47,114 nt of DNA from Chromera velia (Eukaryota). The stretch is taken from contig JAHBMJ010000435.1 of the NCBI GenBank assembly GCA_018398765.1, positions 1-47,114 on the forward strand, given 5' to 3'. The notes below the pieces were generated by a model that saw nothing but the letters and a program-made list of their open reading frames with translations, was not told the DNA's origin and searched no databases. The number at the start of each line of letters is the position of its first letter. The stretch's first letter is position 1. A program made the position numbers and the translations under genes. This document shows positions 10,857-22,149 of the stretch, piece after piece.

Positions 10857-12359
10857 ATGTTGACTGTGCAGATTGTCCGACTGTCAGCCCTTTCGATGCT
10901 GCTGATCGGACCTCTGTTGTTGATCTGCGTCTGCCGCAGCTCCATTTGGCGGAAGGAGAAGTCGTCAATCAGCCTGACCTTACGTTCGCCTGCTGTGATG
11001 CTCGCGAGTGAGACAAGAACGGCAAATGCGAATTTCACAAAAGTGAGGGAGATGGCAAAAGACCTGCTTGTGGGCAGCTTCGCTGCTGGAAGCAGCTACG
11101 CTGAGATTTGGATTCGTGACTCTGCGACGTTCATCGACGTGGCGCTGGAGGTGAACGACCCCAGTTACATCCGTCGGGCGCTCCTGCCCTTCTTCTCTGT
11201 ACAGGCAGAGAACGGAGCGATGCCCGATGCGTACGTGAATGACACAGCAGCGCTGGAAGAGTATCCGGTCCATGCGAAGGGCGACTGGCCCATTTGTGAT
11301 GGGCACAGTGTGGTGTGCAAAAACTCAGTAGAGACTGACCAGGAAACCTCCCTGATTCTTGCTGTTCACTCCTATGTGAGAGGGACGAATGAGACTGCGT
11401 TCCTGTCTGAGACTGTGAAGGGTCAGACGGTGTTGGACCGTTTAGAGTTGTCTGTGCGGTATTTGCTGTCCGAGATGAGAGACGTGAACGGTACAGGTTT
11501 GTTGTTCGGTGCCACGACGATCGACTGGGGGGACATCCAGCCGGAAGAGTCCCCAGGTGCCAAAATATCCAGCCTCTCCCACAGGGCCGTGGACGTATAC
11601 GACAACTCGATGTTCATCCTGGCGTTGGACGCGCTAGCAGATCTCTGTGCTGCTGTACCTGCAGCAGACTCGGAATCCGAAAAGAGCCGAGGCAGTGAGA
11701 GTGACAGAGCGTCCAAATGGAGGGCGATGGCAGTGCGGTGGCGGTCTCTGACTCGTGAACATTTGTGGGACAGCAGCGGGTCCCGGTTTATTCCCCACCT
11801 GTACCTGTCCGAGGGTTCGCCCTTTCCAGACTCCTTTGACGAGTCGCGTATTTATTTTCACGGCGGGACAGCAGTAGCGGCGCTGGCGGGGGTGCTGAGC
11901 AGCGAGGAGGTGTTGAAATCTTACGAGCAAATGAGTCGGAACGTAGAGGCCGTGAGGGCAGCAGGCGGGGCCGTTGCGATCGGAATGACCGTTTATCCCC
12001 CCTACCCTGCGGGGCTGTTTGTAAATCCGAGCGTGGCTGTTGAATTCTCTTACCAGAATGCGGGGGATTGGGATTGGTTTGGTGGTCGGATGGTGCAGGC
12101 TTTGGTGGTGCACAAGCATTGCAAGGAAGCCCTTGAGGCTCTACAGATGATGTGCGACCGCGTTGTCAAGTTTGATGGTTTTTTTGAGTGGTTTGACTTT
12201 GATGGAAAGCCTAGTGGGTCAGCAAAATTTAAGGGTTCCGCAGGGGCACTAGGAAAAGCAGTCGAGATGATGACATCCTCCCACTCGCGCTGTGCTGATA
12301 TGCGCACTGCCACAAGGATTCACACGTACGCTGACGACACAAAGATTGAAACGGAGTGA
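10857..12359 (+). CDS. Intronless (alpha/alpha)6 six-hairpin glycoside hydrolase, amylo-alpha-1,6-glucosidase-like, bacterial type, with an N-terminal hydrophobic signal/anchor
   Basis: Uninterrupted 500-aa ORF with motifs YAEIWIRD, KNSVETDQETSL, GATTIDWGDIQPE, DVYDNSMF, LWD..FIPHLY, YFHGGTAVA, YPPYP, YQNAGDWDWFGGRM and GFFEWF..GSAG. I recognise these from Bacteroidetes-type six-hairpin glycosidases; the exact GH family is not established. Confidence 0.8.
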   Translation: MLTVQIVRLSALSMLLIGPLLLICVCRSSIWRKEKSSISLTLRSPAVMLASETRTANANFTKVREMAKDLLVGSFAAGSSYAEIWIRDSATFIDVALEVNDPSYIRRALLPFFSVQAENGAMPDAYVNDTAALEEYPVHAKGDWPICDGHSVVCKNSVETDQETSLILAVHSYVRGTNETAFLSETVKGQTVLDRLELSVRYLLSEMRDVNGTGLLFGATTIDWGDIQPEESPGAKISSLSHRAVDVYDNSMFILALDALADLCAAVPAADSESEKSRGSESDRASKWRAMAVRWRSLTREHLWDSSGSRFIPHLYLSEGSPFPDSFDESRIYFHGGTAVAALAGVLSSEEVLKSYEQMSRNVEAVRAAGGAVAIGMTVYPPYPAGLFVNPSVAVEFSYQNAGDWDWFGGRMVQALVVHKHCKEALEALQMMCDRVVKFDGFFEWFDFDGKPSGSAKFKGSAGALGKAVEMMTSSHSRCADMRTATRIHTYADDTKIETE

Positions 12360-13432
12360 TTCGAGCAGCTGGTCGAGCTAGCAGTGCTCGTTCTGAATCA
12401 TGGATTGAGTGAACGATTCATCAGATTTTTAACGGCCGCGTGCATGCCTAGGTACGTGGCAACTACGTGCGCGCGTGACATGACTGCAGTAACGATTATC
12501 TATATGCCTTCAAATTATGGTTGATACAAATATTATTCAGTCATATCTTCAGTCAAACTATTATCGGTCATCATCACCTTAATGGAATTAGAATTTACGA
12601 ATTAGGAGACTCACAAATTTTAACGCCCAATTCTTAAATTTAGGCGTTCGTACAATGAAAGAAGTACAAGGAGTTAGATCTAACTGTTGTATGTAGGCTA
12701 CACGTATATAGATTATTTAGTTTAATGCTAATTTCAAGTTAACACCACGTACACTTATTCTAGCATTTATTACTACTACACACATTTTTTTTTTAGAGAA
12801 TTAATAAACTATATGAGAATTGCATAAAAATTGGGAGCTCCCATTTTTAGTTTGGGAGGGGGGGCGCGGGCATCAACTCGATTAAACTCGATCCCAGTTT
12901 TTAAAATTTTGAATGATATTAAATCTAAACTTGACTAAAAACTTTATATATAATAACTGACTCAAATAAAATCAAATTAATTTTTATTTATTATATTTTA
13001 AATAAAAACTCGTCCTCACAGTGGTTTACAGTGGTCCCTTAATTGGTAACGATTTCCCGGCCCATGCGTGGAATCATTTCCCCCTTAATTATTGAAGACT
13101 TGTTTGTTTCTTCAACATCTACCTCTGTTATTCTCTGTTCGATAGTTGTCAATGCCATGAAAGGACATGAATCGACGAGTCAAGCGAGGCCAGCTTCACA
13201 ATTCATGGAAGAGTGAAAGTGTGGTCGCCACACAGTGGCGGATCAATGGAAGAACCCCTTCTCCATGCAGACGCACTGCCAAGCTCTCTGTTCACTTCCC
13301 GAATCACCTAATCAGGCAGCCACAAGTTGACAAGAGAGGCCCGATTTCTGAAGACCCAATGACGTCACCCCGCCCTTCTGTTTCCAATCTGAATTCCTGA
13401 TGTCAACTTTGTGCATGTGCGTGAGGATTTGA

Positions 13433-14684
13433 TCACTCCTTGACTGTAAACTTGGTCGTGGCGAAGGTCCCGGGAGAGCCTGAAACGTTGTAGTACCCTG
13501 CCTGCCTGGTGCTGCGAAGGTGGTTCTCGGCCTTCAGATTCCCCTGCTCCACCGTGCACCCAATCACCTGCAACACGTGCATCCAGACATCCAGGGAGCA
13601 CAATCAAGTACACAAACACATGCATGCACACACAAATGCACGCGCTCACGGACATACACACAGAGAAGAAGAACAAGACAGAGAGCCAATGCTTTCTTTC
13701 AGTGACCTGTTCCACACATGCAATTTGAATTCTCACTCCTTCCTTTAATTTGATTTTGGAAGTACATCCACGTGAGTGGACTATGAGCATACATGTCCAA
13801 GGGGAGTCAATCAAAAGGAACATCGAGCACGCAGATGATGTTGATGCTCTTCTCTGTCTTCATGCCTATATTGGGCTGTATGTGAACGAAATTCAGCGAG
13901 CACAGGCCCCCCGACTCGGATTAGGATCAAAGACGCCTGAACAAAACGCGTGCATGGATTGAAGTTCCACTGTTAAAAAAAGAAGCGAAATCGATGAGTC
14001 GTGCATACAGAATTATTACTACTCAGTGAGCCTACGTACGTTGCCTGCGTATTTGCCCGGAACGAAGCCGGAGTATCCGGGAATCATGTTGGACTGTTCC
14101 GCCTTGGCTGCCAGGTCCTTCTGTGAGGGGATGGACCCGAAGTGAGTCTGGTAGGTGCTGCAGAATTGTATTGATACCAGGCATGGAGGAAGAAACCGAA
14201 TCGGAATGGAGGGAGACTGTGTCATGTGAGTTCATTTTCTCTTCCTATGTTGAGCTTCCGCCGGGAATGAAAGTTTGCGTTGATGCAGGAGAGAGATATC
14301 TGAGAAGCTTTAGACAGTTCGTCAGGGAAGAAAATTACTCGGGAGACCTCTAGCTCCTGGTTGCAAATTTTTCCTCGCTGACCTGAAATACTGGGGCCAC
14401 TTGTGGTAGGAAAAGACCCCCGAGCGTGGCGGCTCTGCGAACTGCACGTCCAACGCTGTGGGGTTGTATCTGGTCGCATGGAGGGGCTGGCTCTGTGCAG
14501 TGGCCTTGAGAGGGTCGTCTACAATTTGGTCAGTTGCGAGATTGTCATCGAAGATGATGGACTTCCGAAGGGAGGAAGCCTTGGGGGATCCAGTACGCCA
14601 CCACTTTTTGGAATAAGTGATCTGACTCTGGCCGAGAAACTCCTTCATCTCCGGCTCCAGATGCCCTGCCTTTCCTTCTGCCAT
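13433..14684 (-). CDS. ~184-aa protein with an IPGYSGFVPG motif (FAM166/DUF2475-like, putative ciliary microtubule inner protein); exons 14684-14383, 14157-14040, 13567-13433
   Basis: Phase-consistent splicing gives MAEGKAGHLEPEM...KWPQYF-STYQTHFGSIP...MIPGYSGFVPGKYAGN|VIGCTVEQGNLKAENHL...KE*. The PGY.G..P motif is typical of FAM166-class proteins. The family call and start codon are tentative. Confidence 0.65.
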
Positions 14685-15103
14685 CTTGCTGTACAATTGG
14701 CACAGTGAGTCTTTCAGTTGAAAAGCTGCGGGCCTCGCTCAATAGATGGACTCCTGGTCACCGTGGATTAAAAGACTAGCTTATATTAATTGATACTGTA
14801 GATACGACCGATTCACGCAGGGGAAAAGTCTCTTTCTGAGCAACAAGGTCTCTGCGGTTTCCGTCAACCCCTTTTCTGCATGGCTATATATGTGGCTGCA
14901 CAGTGTATTGAAATGTAACGAGTTCTGATTTGACCAGCAGATCGATGTTCTGGGTGTCAATGCATGCAGGTGCATGCATGTATATGATATTTTAAAATGC
15001 ACATGCAAGTCGTATATATATATATATATATCGATATATGATTACGATCGAGAGTGGGCGCGCATTTCGGATTCGTTGCATGCTGCATGTGGAAGTATAC
15101 ACA

Positions 15104-15848
15104 ATCTGACGCAAGCAAGCTTGCGAACGGCCCCGGAAAGCAAGAAAAATGAGAACTGCACGATTGACGCACGCCGGCCANCCCCCGCGGAAAAAAAAGT
15201 ATGCGCGGAACCCCCCCCTCCCCCGGGAGAAAAACCCGTGAGTACCCATCTAACACACGTATCTCGCAAATTCAACGTTTCGGGACCGGGTTTTTGGTGA
15301 AAGACACTGCGTATACATGCGTGGGCTGGGGTATTTCTGTTTTGTAAGTGCCCTCCGCTTCGCTTTCCGGGGCCAAATCTGACGCAAGCAAGCTTGCAAA
15401 TAGCCCTGGAAAGCAAGAAAAATGAGAACTTCACGATTGACGTACGCCGGCCAGCCAACCGGGCGGTCGTGCCGACCCCCCCCCCCCGTGGGAAAAGCTG
15501 CAGAACCCCTTCTCCCTCAGGAAAAAAGCCCGGGGATGCAGCCTGTCACTTTCTGGGGCCACTAACGCACGTATGCATGATAATGTGGGTTCATGCACAC
15601 TTTTTTAGACCATTTGGGACGGGATCTTTCCGGGGCCTTTTTTTGACATGCATAATCGGGTCTGAAGTCCACCTGACGCACGCACATTTAGCATATATTT
15701 AGCCTTTTGGGGCCGGGTTTTTGCCGAAAGATAGCGTACACGCATGCATGCACGTGGGCTGGGGTATTTCTATTTTCTAAGTGCCCCCCGCTTCGCTTTC
15801 GGGAGCCAAATTCAGCCTTTCAGGGCCGGGTTTTTGGTGAAAGACACT
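15104..15848. repeat. Cluster of GC-rich dispersed repeat modules (left part)
   Basis: Module A (TCTGACGCAAGCAAGCTTGC..GGAAAGCAAGAAAAATGAGAAC..CACGATTGACG) at ~15104 and ~15378. Module B (CCGGGTTTTTG..GAAAGA..GTGGGCTGGGGTATTTCT..TAAGTGCCC.CCGCTTCGCTTTC) at ~15286 and ~15714, with a truncated copy at 15826-15848. Confidence 0.85.
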
Positions 15849-16924
15849 CGGTCTCGGTCTCGGTCTCGGTAGACTTTCGTTCACCACGGGGCTGTGGCTA
15901 TCCACTGGGATACACTCCTCTGGAGTTAGTCCTATACCCCATATGCATATCTGCTCCCCCTTCCACTAGGGCAATCTAGCAAAACTTCAGTTATTTAGGA
16001 TATCAAATCTACTTCCCTGACTACACCTCTCCCCCTCACCCCTGCCTTTACCACATGACAGTTCCATTTGACTATCTCTATTTTAAAGCCCACCCTGCTT
16101 CACGACCTGAGAGCCTGAAACGGTAACCGTTTTATCATGCTCAAGGTCTCTCCAGTCGTCTGTTGTATACCATGTCCAGCCCTGGACCAACAATACGACT
16201 GACTCTGATGTTCTAACAGTCACCGTAGCACTGTAGAACACCCCTACCCCCCCATTCATCACCACCCTTTCCTTTTCTCTTATATCTCTCTCTTCCCCCA
16301 TCTCTTCTTTTCTCTTCCTCTCTTTTCTTTCTCCTCATCCTGCCCAAAGAAAACCAGACCTACTGCTTGGTACCATTAATTACGGTTCCAAGCCCATCAG
16401 TGGTTCCTCCTTTCCCAACCTCCTCAGCATGTCAGCGGTTCCCTCTTTGCATCTCATTCCCTCCCCCCTCACCCATACCCTAACTATACCACTGACATGC
16501 CATGCTGACCGCCGCTTTATCAATCACGGCGGTCTGCAGCCAGGAAAAAACTTCCTCTTTCGAGCAGTGAGGGAGAAAACCTAGCTTTTCCTTCCCCTTT
16601 TCAGCTTTTCCCACTCCCTATTTCTGTTTGGTCAGTTTCCCCTCTTCCTTCCCTTTCCCACCCTTTCTGACCAGAACAAGAGCCAGGGAAGGTTTGACTG
16701 TCATTTCTAGCCCAGTCTTTTGACATACCAGGCTGCTTGACTGTTACAGCCGACCAAAAACTTCCAATTTGCCACCCGAAAGAAACAGTCGCCGAATTCT
16801 TAGCACTACACAGTAACTTGGTGCCCCCCCCCGTTTCCCTATCTCCCTGCAGTTCTTCTTTCCCCCTCCCCTCGCAGCGCCTCAGGGGAAAACCTCCAGG
16901 GATATGGAGGGAAAAACCCCCGAT

Positions 16925-17370
16925 TGAAGAAAGAAAAAGAAAGAAAGAAAGAAAGAAAAAAAGAAAGAAAGAAAGAACAAACGAACGAAGGAACGAACGA
17001 ATGAACAAACGAACGAAAGAAAGAAAGAAAGAAAGAAAGAAAGAAAATTTAAAACGAAAGAAAAAAAGAAAGAACGAAAGAAAGAAAGAATAAAAGAAAG
17101 AAAGAATTAAAGAACGAAAAAAAGAACGAAAGAAAGAAAGAAAAGAAAGAGAAAGAGAGAGAAAGAGAGAGAGAGAAAGAGAGAGAAAGAGAAATCAAAC
17201 CAAGATCGAGTTTGTATCAGGACGTTTATGACCATTTTTTTTTATTTTCCTTGTGTTAATTTTCTCTTTCCTTCCTTCCTTCCTTCTTTCCTTCCTTTTC
17301 CTTCCTTCTTTCCTTCCTTCTTTCCTTCTTTCTTTCCTTCTTTTTTTCTTTCTTTCTTTTCTTCTTTTTT

Positions 17371-17406
<36 letters not shown>

Positions 17407-17478
17407 TCCTTCTTTCTTTCCTTCTTTCTTTCTTTTTTTCCTTCTTTCTTTCCTTTTTTCTTTCCTTCTTTCTTTTTT

Positions 17479-17518
<40 letters not shown>

Positions 17519-17667
17519 TTGTTCTTTCCTTCCTTCTTTCCTTCCTTCTTTCCTTCCTTCTTTCTTTCCTTCTTAAAGTTTCCTTCCTTCCTTCTTCTTT
17601 CCTTCCTTCCTTCCTTCCTTCTTTCCTTCTTTCCTTCTTTCATTCTTTCCTTCTTTCTTTCTTTCTT

Positions 17668-17710
<43 letters not shown>

Positions 17711-17847
17711 GATGTATGCATATACGTATGCTTGTGTGTATGTGTGTGTGTGTGTGTGTGTATGCGTATGTGTGTGTGTGTATGTGTGTGTGTGTATGTG
17801 TGTGTATGTATGTGTGAGTAGGTTGTGGTGTGTGTGTGTGTATATGT

Positions 17848-17896
<49 letters not shown>

Positions 17897-17922
17897 AGTG
17901 TGTAACACTGTGTATGTGTGTA

Positions 17923-17964
<42 letters not shown>

Positions 17965-17980
17965 TATATATGTATATGTG
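16925..17980. repeat. Compound microsatellite: (GAAA)n, then (CTTT/CCTT)n, (CT)n and (TG)n
   Basis: Directly visible. The purine block 16925-17195 and pyrimidine block ~17265-17705 are roughly complementary. Confidence 0.95.
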
Positions 17981-18529
17981 TACTATACGTATCTTTCTTT
18001 TTTTGTGGTTAGTTTATGTGTTGACAGTAGGGACGTCAAAAAGATGGTAATTACACAGTATTGCGACCACCGTGGGTGCGCTGTCAATGGAGATGGGACG
18101 CTCCGCTGGGCGACTTGGACGTACAGAATAGTCAGGGAAACAGTTAAAATTTGGGAGTGTTGGAAGATATGGGAGCGATTCTGGAAAGGAATTGGAGTTT
18201 TTGCCGTACCCTTTTCCCTAACTACCATCTTCCACTCCCTCCCCCTCCTAATGATCACTCCTCGCTACCGTTTCTTTTCCCTGCTTTGGGTTTCTTTCTT
18301 CCCTTCCACCTTTCTAGCCTCCTTCGCTCTTTTCTTTTTTCTCTATTCGTTAAACTTCTTTTTATCGTTTTTCTCTCTCTTTCTGATTCTTTCAGGATTC
18401 ACGTGTGCGTGCATATCTCCAAGTCTTTTGTTTCATCCGTCTTTCTGTCTATACTTCCTTTCTGTATGTCAGTATTCCCGTCTCCCTTCTTTTTCACACC
18501 TTCCCCCGCCCTTTCTCTCTTGTTTTTTG

Positions 18530-18686
18530 TCTGTCAGTCTGTTTGTCTGTCTGTCTGTGTCTGTTTGCTAGTCTGTCGGTCTGTGTGTCTGTCTGAATGT
18601 CTGTCTGTTTGCTAAACTAAGTCTGTCAGTCTATCGGTCGGTCTGTCTGTCTGTCTGCTAGTCTGTCTGTCTCTCTACTAGCTATA

Positions 18687-18727
<41 letters not shown>

Positions 18728-18754
18728 CTAGTCTGTCTGTCTGCCTACTAGCTA

Positions 18755-18788
<34 letters not shown>

Positions 18789-18790
18789 GT
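18530..18790. repeat. (TCTG)n microsatellite with GCTA interruptions
   Basis: Directly visible. Confidence 0.9.
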
Positions 18791-19915
18791 CTCTATCTCT
18801 TTTTCTCTCACTCTCCCTCTTTCTCTTTCCCACCTTCCTCTCCCTCGTATCTTTCTCTATTCTTTTATGTAATCTTTTTTTTCCTCTTTCTGGCTTGTGT
18901 ACGTATATTTATTCCTTTCCAAATCGTCTCACTTGCCTTTCTGTCTATACTTTGTTTCCGTATGTTAGGTTTCTCGTTCGTCTCCTTTCTCTCTAGCGCT
19001 TCTCTCTCTCCCTCCCTCCCCTCCTTCTTCCCTCCTCTGGTTCCAGCCCGTGCTCGATCTCCTCATCATTGTCACTCGTTGCCTGCATACAGATATATTT
19101 TCATTCTTTTTAAGTTATCATTTTGTTTACCGTCCTTTTTACCTATGCTTCTGTGTGTTGCTGCGTTCGGTGTCTTTTTCTATCAATCTTCTCTCCTAGT
19201 TCCATTTTTTCCCCCTTCATTTCCATCCTCCTTCCACTCTCTTCCTTTTTTTCCTTTTCTACGCCTTCTCCCTCTCCATTATTCTCTCTCTTTCCCCCTC
19301 TCCCCCTCTTTTTCCCTTCAACTGGTCTTTGTTTTCTTTCACCCGTCTTTAATGGTTATCCTTATTTCTCCCTTCTGGGGTTCCCTACCAAGAGTAGGCT
19401 GAGAGTGTCCCCTCAGACGGGGACGAAAAAGTTTGGTCAGTAGATTGACCAAAGGGACAGGGACATGAAGAGATCAATTCCATAATATGTATACTTCCTT
19501 TCTCTCTTGTTGTGTTTGTGTTTGATGAATATCCGGCTCCTCCCTCCCCCCTCAAACCCCGTAACCCGTTATCATTCTTTCACTATCACCTCAGTGCCTT
19601 CGCCTCGTTGGCTGAGAGGTCGGGTCTCTTAGCCACGGTGCCCATGACAAAAGAAGAGGTGAGATCTGTTTTTCCTCCCCCTTCTCCCATTTGTGGCCCT
19701 TCCTTGGCTCTGAGATAGAGACGGATGAAACAGAGGAGACGGAGACGGAAAAAGAGGGGGGGGTGGAGATGGAGACTAAGGGGGGGCTGACAGTGTCCAT
19801 GATGCCCCGGAGGAAGGGTAGAGAACCTCCCTGCCCTAGACTGAGACTGAGGGTCTTGATGGACGGATATTTCCCTATAGTGCCTAGCGAACGGGCCTGT
19901 TCAACAAGGCTTGCA

Positions 19916-20558
19916 TCACGCTGACTGAACAACCTGTTAAGTCAATCAACAGATTGTAGGTCGCATGGAGCGCCGGCAGTCCCTCCTAACGCCTCTGCAC
20001 ATACGGCACATGCAGCCCATACAAATGCCAAAGGCACAGCGGCATCGGACTTGCAGCGCCCGGCCCTCCCTCGCACCTTCCGTTGCCGTCTCCGCTGCCT
20101 CTTCCAGCTTTTTCTCCGCCTCTGCCTCTGGGGCCTCTTCAAAGAGAACCTTGTCCTCCTCGTCTGCAGTTGTGGTGCCGAGTGCCTCAATCTCGGCCTC
20201 TTCGTCTTCTGCATGCGCGGCCACAATGTCGTCGTGAGGAAAGGCGCCGTAGAGGAGGTAGACGACGGCCCTATCGTTGGAAGTCACCTATCTGTACCTG
20301 AAACCCTCAATTCTGTCCCCAGTCACAGACAGCGTGTACCCGTCAATGGTAGTCAGGGTGCCATTGGTCTGGCCGAGCTCTCTCAGCTCTTCCCCCACTG
20401 ACAATATGCCTGTTCACGAAGTCGCTGGTGGAGGGAGCGGAGGCACTGAAGACGGAAGAGACGCCGCAGAGCTGAGATCCGGGCTGCACGAAGATAGTAT
20501 AGTTCTCATTCAGCTCGAAGTGGGTGTTTAGAATGCTGTAACCGTTCGGGAACCATTG
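19916..20558 (-). pseudogene. 5'-truncated fasciclin (FAS1)-domain gene fragment with one intron, an acidic tail, a frameshift and a premature stop
   Basis: NYTIFVQP...FVNRHIVSG-(extra G in the G5 run at 20392-20396)-EELRELGQTNGTLTTIDGYTLSVTGDRIEGFRYR*VTSNDRAVVYLLYGAFP. This resembles FAS1 motifs YTVFAP, YHIV, TLTTL.G..L.V and VVH.ID.VL.P. It continues EDEEAEIEA...ALQ|intron|VVQSA*. Confidence 0.6.
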
Positions 20559-20851
20559 TGCGTACACGCGTGGGCTAGGGTATTTCTATTTTATAAGTGC
20601 CCCCCGCTTCGCTTTCCGGGGCCATTAACTTTGTTTTTTGTCATGCGCAGTGCTGCATGGTTCCATGCATGCAAACTACATATATGCAAGTCCATGCATG
20701 CGCTGGGAAAAGTTTGGTAAGTGCCCCCCGCTTCGCTTTCCGCGGGGCCACCGGAAGTGGGCGGCACTTAATTGTCCGCGCGTTGAAGAAAGATAGATTT
20801 CACGCTTTCCGGGATCGTTCGCACGCTTGCGGTCGCTTGCGTGCGTCAGAT
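20559..20851. repeat. Right part of the same repeat cluster: resumed module B, a partial copy, and an inverted module A
   Basis: 20559-20623 continues module B from the point where it breaks at 15848. 20718-20749 is a partial B. 20797-20851 is an imperfect reverse complement of 15104-15150. Confidence 0.8.
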
Positions 20852-22149
20852 CACTGAAGGCCCTTTACACCCTCGGACGGAGACCAGCCCCTCCGTATAG
20901 TATAGTGCCCCAATGTGCCCCAGCATGTGCCCAGCTCATGCATACGATACCATCATTGCAGTTCTTTTCCTTCCAACATCATCCAAAATCTTCAGACGCA
21001 TTCCGACGCTATGTCCCTCAGCAAGACCAAAGACGTCGAAACCGAGGATGGTACAGAGCGAGGTGAACAAGACAAGAACGGCAACGTAATTTTTGTTTAC
21101 AGAAAATCCGAAGTTGGGTCCTGCAGAACCGTGCACACGTAGCCTCTGCGGTTGCGACGTACGGGGAGAGACGCGAGGCCGGGTGAAAGGAGACCGGTCC
21201 TCAACTTTCACGCATTTTCTGTTTTTCCTCTCTTGCGGCTTTTTGCTGCTTGATCGGGAAGATCCCCGTGATCGATTTGCTCAATCAACCCTGGAGATTT
21301 GAGGTGAGTGATGCGAACTGAAGGGATCAAACGGACGCTCTGTGTAACGGGAGAAAAAGATAAGTCTTCTCGCACACGTGTGAACCTCATCACACAGTCT
21401 CTCTGCATGATAAAAAATATGTGGTGACAAAGTTCTGTTTTTTACGGCTGTTTGGTATCGGTCTTTGTCTGGACATGAGATTCTTCAAAGGTTTCCTCGA
21501 TCGATGGCGTACTTGAATTTCCTCTCAGTCTTTTCTTCTTCCTTCTCCGCACTCTCGCCGTATATTTTATATTGATGAGTCACCACTGCGTACAGATCCC
21601 CATCTTTGCTTTATTCCGCTCCTTTTTTTGTCGCGTCCCTGTCTTCTGGTACCGCTGTGCTCCGTCTCGTCGGTCGCCTGTTCCCACCTCACCCACTGTC
21701 GCTTTCTGCGTCTCCTTTCCGATAGATCCGAAGAATTCAAAGCTTCTGACTCTATTGTGTGTGGAATTGGATGTCGCCATCAACTGACGCATTGTTGACT
21801 TTTTTTGCTTACGCACCCAATCTGCCAGCCGCCCAAAGGCTCCCCCCTCCGACGACCTTGTCGGTACCCGATTCGAAGTTCTCTCGCGGTGCTTTCACAG
21901 ACCAACGAAAGAAAACAGAACACCCCAAAAAACTTCTCACATCCTTCCTACACTCTTTCTGTCTTCCTCTACTTCAGTTCTGAAAGGGGCATTCATCTTC
22001 TCTGCCTCACTCAGGCGGGCTTCACCCCTCATCTTCCCTTCTGAATGCGCACCCCCCGCCTTCCTTGCTTGCTCGCATGCCTCTTCTCATATCTACGTGC
22101 TCGAAGACTCACAGGCACCTGTTGTTGCATACATAGAAGTCTGCAGAGT

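Noticed and set aside
12615..12850. Short palindromes (AACGCC..GGCGTT; AAAAATTGGGAGCTCCCATTTTT) as terminators or element ends
   Set aside because: They are isolated, have no partner terminus or TSD, and bacterial terminators are not expected in this context.
15870..16920. Coding-looking sequence at the left of the insert
   Set aside because: Only short ORFs are present, with no recognisable RT, RNase H, integrase or other motif.
15849..20558. Canonical Helitron call for the insert
   Set aside because: It can be read as starting with TC, but it lacks a 3' CTRR, a clear subterminal hairpin and an A|T target site.
21011..21303. Upstream coding exons of the nucleotidyltransferase (MSLSKTKDVETEDG...)
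   Set aside because: A strong donor follows 21303, but no unambiguous in-frame path to 22150 was found; this may be 5' UTR or a uORF.
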